From Octopus bimaculoides (lineage: Eukaryota): a DNA stretch of 64,000 nt. This document shows, piece after piece, positions 62,501 to 64,000 of the stretch. The DNA lies in the NCBI RefSeq assembly GCF_001194135.2, contig NC_068988.1, positions 14,932,107-14,996,106 on the forward strand, given 5' to 3'. Positions within the stretch are counted from its first letter, which is position 1, and each line of letters begins with the position of its first letter. A model generated the notes under the pieces. That model was not told where the DNA came from, made no database searches, and worked only from the letters and a program-made list of their open reading frames with translations. Position numbers and translations under genes: made by a program.

Positions 62501-64000
62501 TTCTTTAGTTCATAGGTTTTAAAAGTAAAATAAAAAAAACCCAGTAGTTCAACCATTCTGCTCATATTTCTTCCATGACAGACCTATCTATAACTACCAT
62601 ACATCAAAATGTTGAGCCTTATGAAAATGACAAAGATTGAAATATATGGCATATTGCTGTACTCAAAAAGACCCATCCACCACAATAGAACATAAAGTAA
62701 GTGCCACATAAAGAGTGCTAATGATGGCGCCATGTAAAAAGGAGTGGGGCTGGTGCTATATTAAAAGCATTGGGGCTGGTTTCACGGGAAAAGCATTGGT
62801 AATGGTGCCATGTAAAAAGGACTGGGGCTGGTGCCTTGTGAAAAGCACTGGTGATGGTACCATGTAAAAAGCATTCAATACACTCTGTGGAGTGGTTGGC
62901 GATAGGAAGGGCATCCAGCTGTAGAAACCAAGCCAAAACAGACTGTGGAACTTTTATTCTATAGGTCACTTTTGCTGAACAATGAAGCTATAGGGATATA
63001 AACAAACCAACAGTTATCAAATGGAGTAGGGACCCAAACACACACACACACATGTATATATGGAACAAAATATAAATACCATCAGTTTGAAAATTACTTC
63101 ACAAACCCATGCAACCATGGAAACAGATGTTAGATGATGACGATGATGACACATGCTTGTGTATGGTAGTTATAATTACTTGTGTATATAGTGTGAGAAG
63201 TTTAATACAAAACATTTGGCTAAAAATAGCGCAGGGGAGGTGGGATTAGTACTATATTTTAATGTAAAAAAAAATAAAAGGTTAATACAAAATACAGTAC
63301 TGACTTTTAGATACAAAAAGTAGACATTGTTTTATATTTGAGATTGAATTATTCCCTAGTGAATTAGGGGGTCTCTTTCTCTTACATGAACCCTAGACTT
63401 CATAACACGAGAGCTTAACCCATTGGCATTCAGATTACTGCATCAAATGTAATGCTTATACATTCACATTATTTTGAATTAATCCTGCATTATCTCCTAT
63501 CTCTGAGATTTCAAGAATGTAATTGTTTATTTTTAGAATGACATTGTAGGGTAAGTGTGAGAGGCCAGATCTGGCCAGTCTGAACATAAATCAAGTAGAA
63601 TATTTGAGCCAGATATTGCTGGTTTAAATGCAAAAAAGTTAATCTGCTCTCCTAGGTGTATGAGCAACTGAGATTATAATATTTCCCACTGAATGGGAAT
63701 GAGATCCATTGCAGGATTAACTTCCCAATTATTGCTGGAACTCATATACAGTTGAGTGAACCAGAGCAATGTGAAACGAGGCGTTTCACTCAAAAACACA
63801 ATGCACTGCCCAGTCTGGGAATTGAAATCACAATCTCATGATTGTGAGTGCAACACCCTAGCCACTAAGCTATGTGCCTTCACAGTAAATAAAGTAGGTA
63901 TATGTTAAAAAAATGTGTTGTTTTAAGGTAATTTTTCTAATATTTTACCAAGGACCTTGCAGTATAAGAGACTGGATTTGAACCGTTAGCCTTTCAACTT

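Overview
AT-rich, repeat-dense eukaryotic genomic DNA with eight N gaps. The SINE/RTE repeat repertoire suggests an octopod cephalopod, which is my inference. I reconstructed three spliced genes by hand with GT-AG sites and consistent phases. (1) Seven intact 3' exons of a divergent SLC4A11-like transporter (+, 10820-12499); its 5' half was not found. (2) SERBP1/vig-like RNA-binding protein (-, 17636 to 13458), with one exon probably hidden in a gap. (3) ZNF367 (+, 18117-51783, 4 exons, 284 aa), head-to-head with SERBP1 across a 480-bp promoter carrying E2F, CRE and YY1 motifs, and with a 29-kb first intron. The rest is tRNA-derived SINEs, RTE LINE 3' ends with modular tandem 3'UTRs, and decayed Ty3/gypsy, mariner, hAT, MITE/Helentron-like and Penelope-like relics. 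Most notable: (a) a palindromic head-to-head element whose arms run from a tRNA-like Pol III head to a minimal hammerhead ribozyme (44011-44503, 53590-53850); (b) a second type I hammerhead at 56197-56245; (c) loss of the conserved TM8 acidic residue in the SLC4A11 paralogue; (d) an isolated 5' tRNA-His half in a SERBP1 intron. All calls come from reading the sequence and recalled family knowledge; no searches were run.
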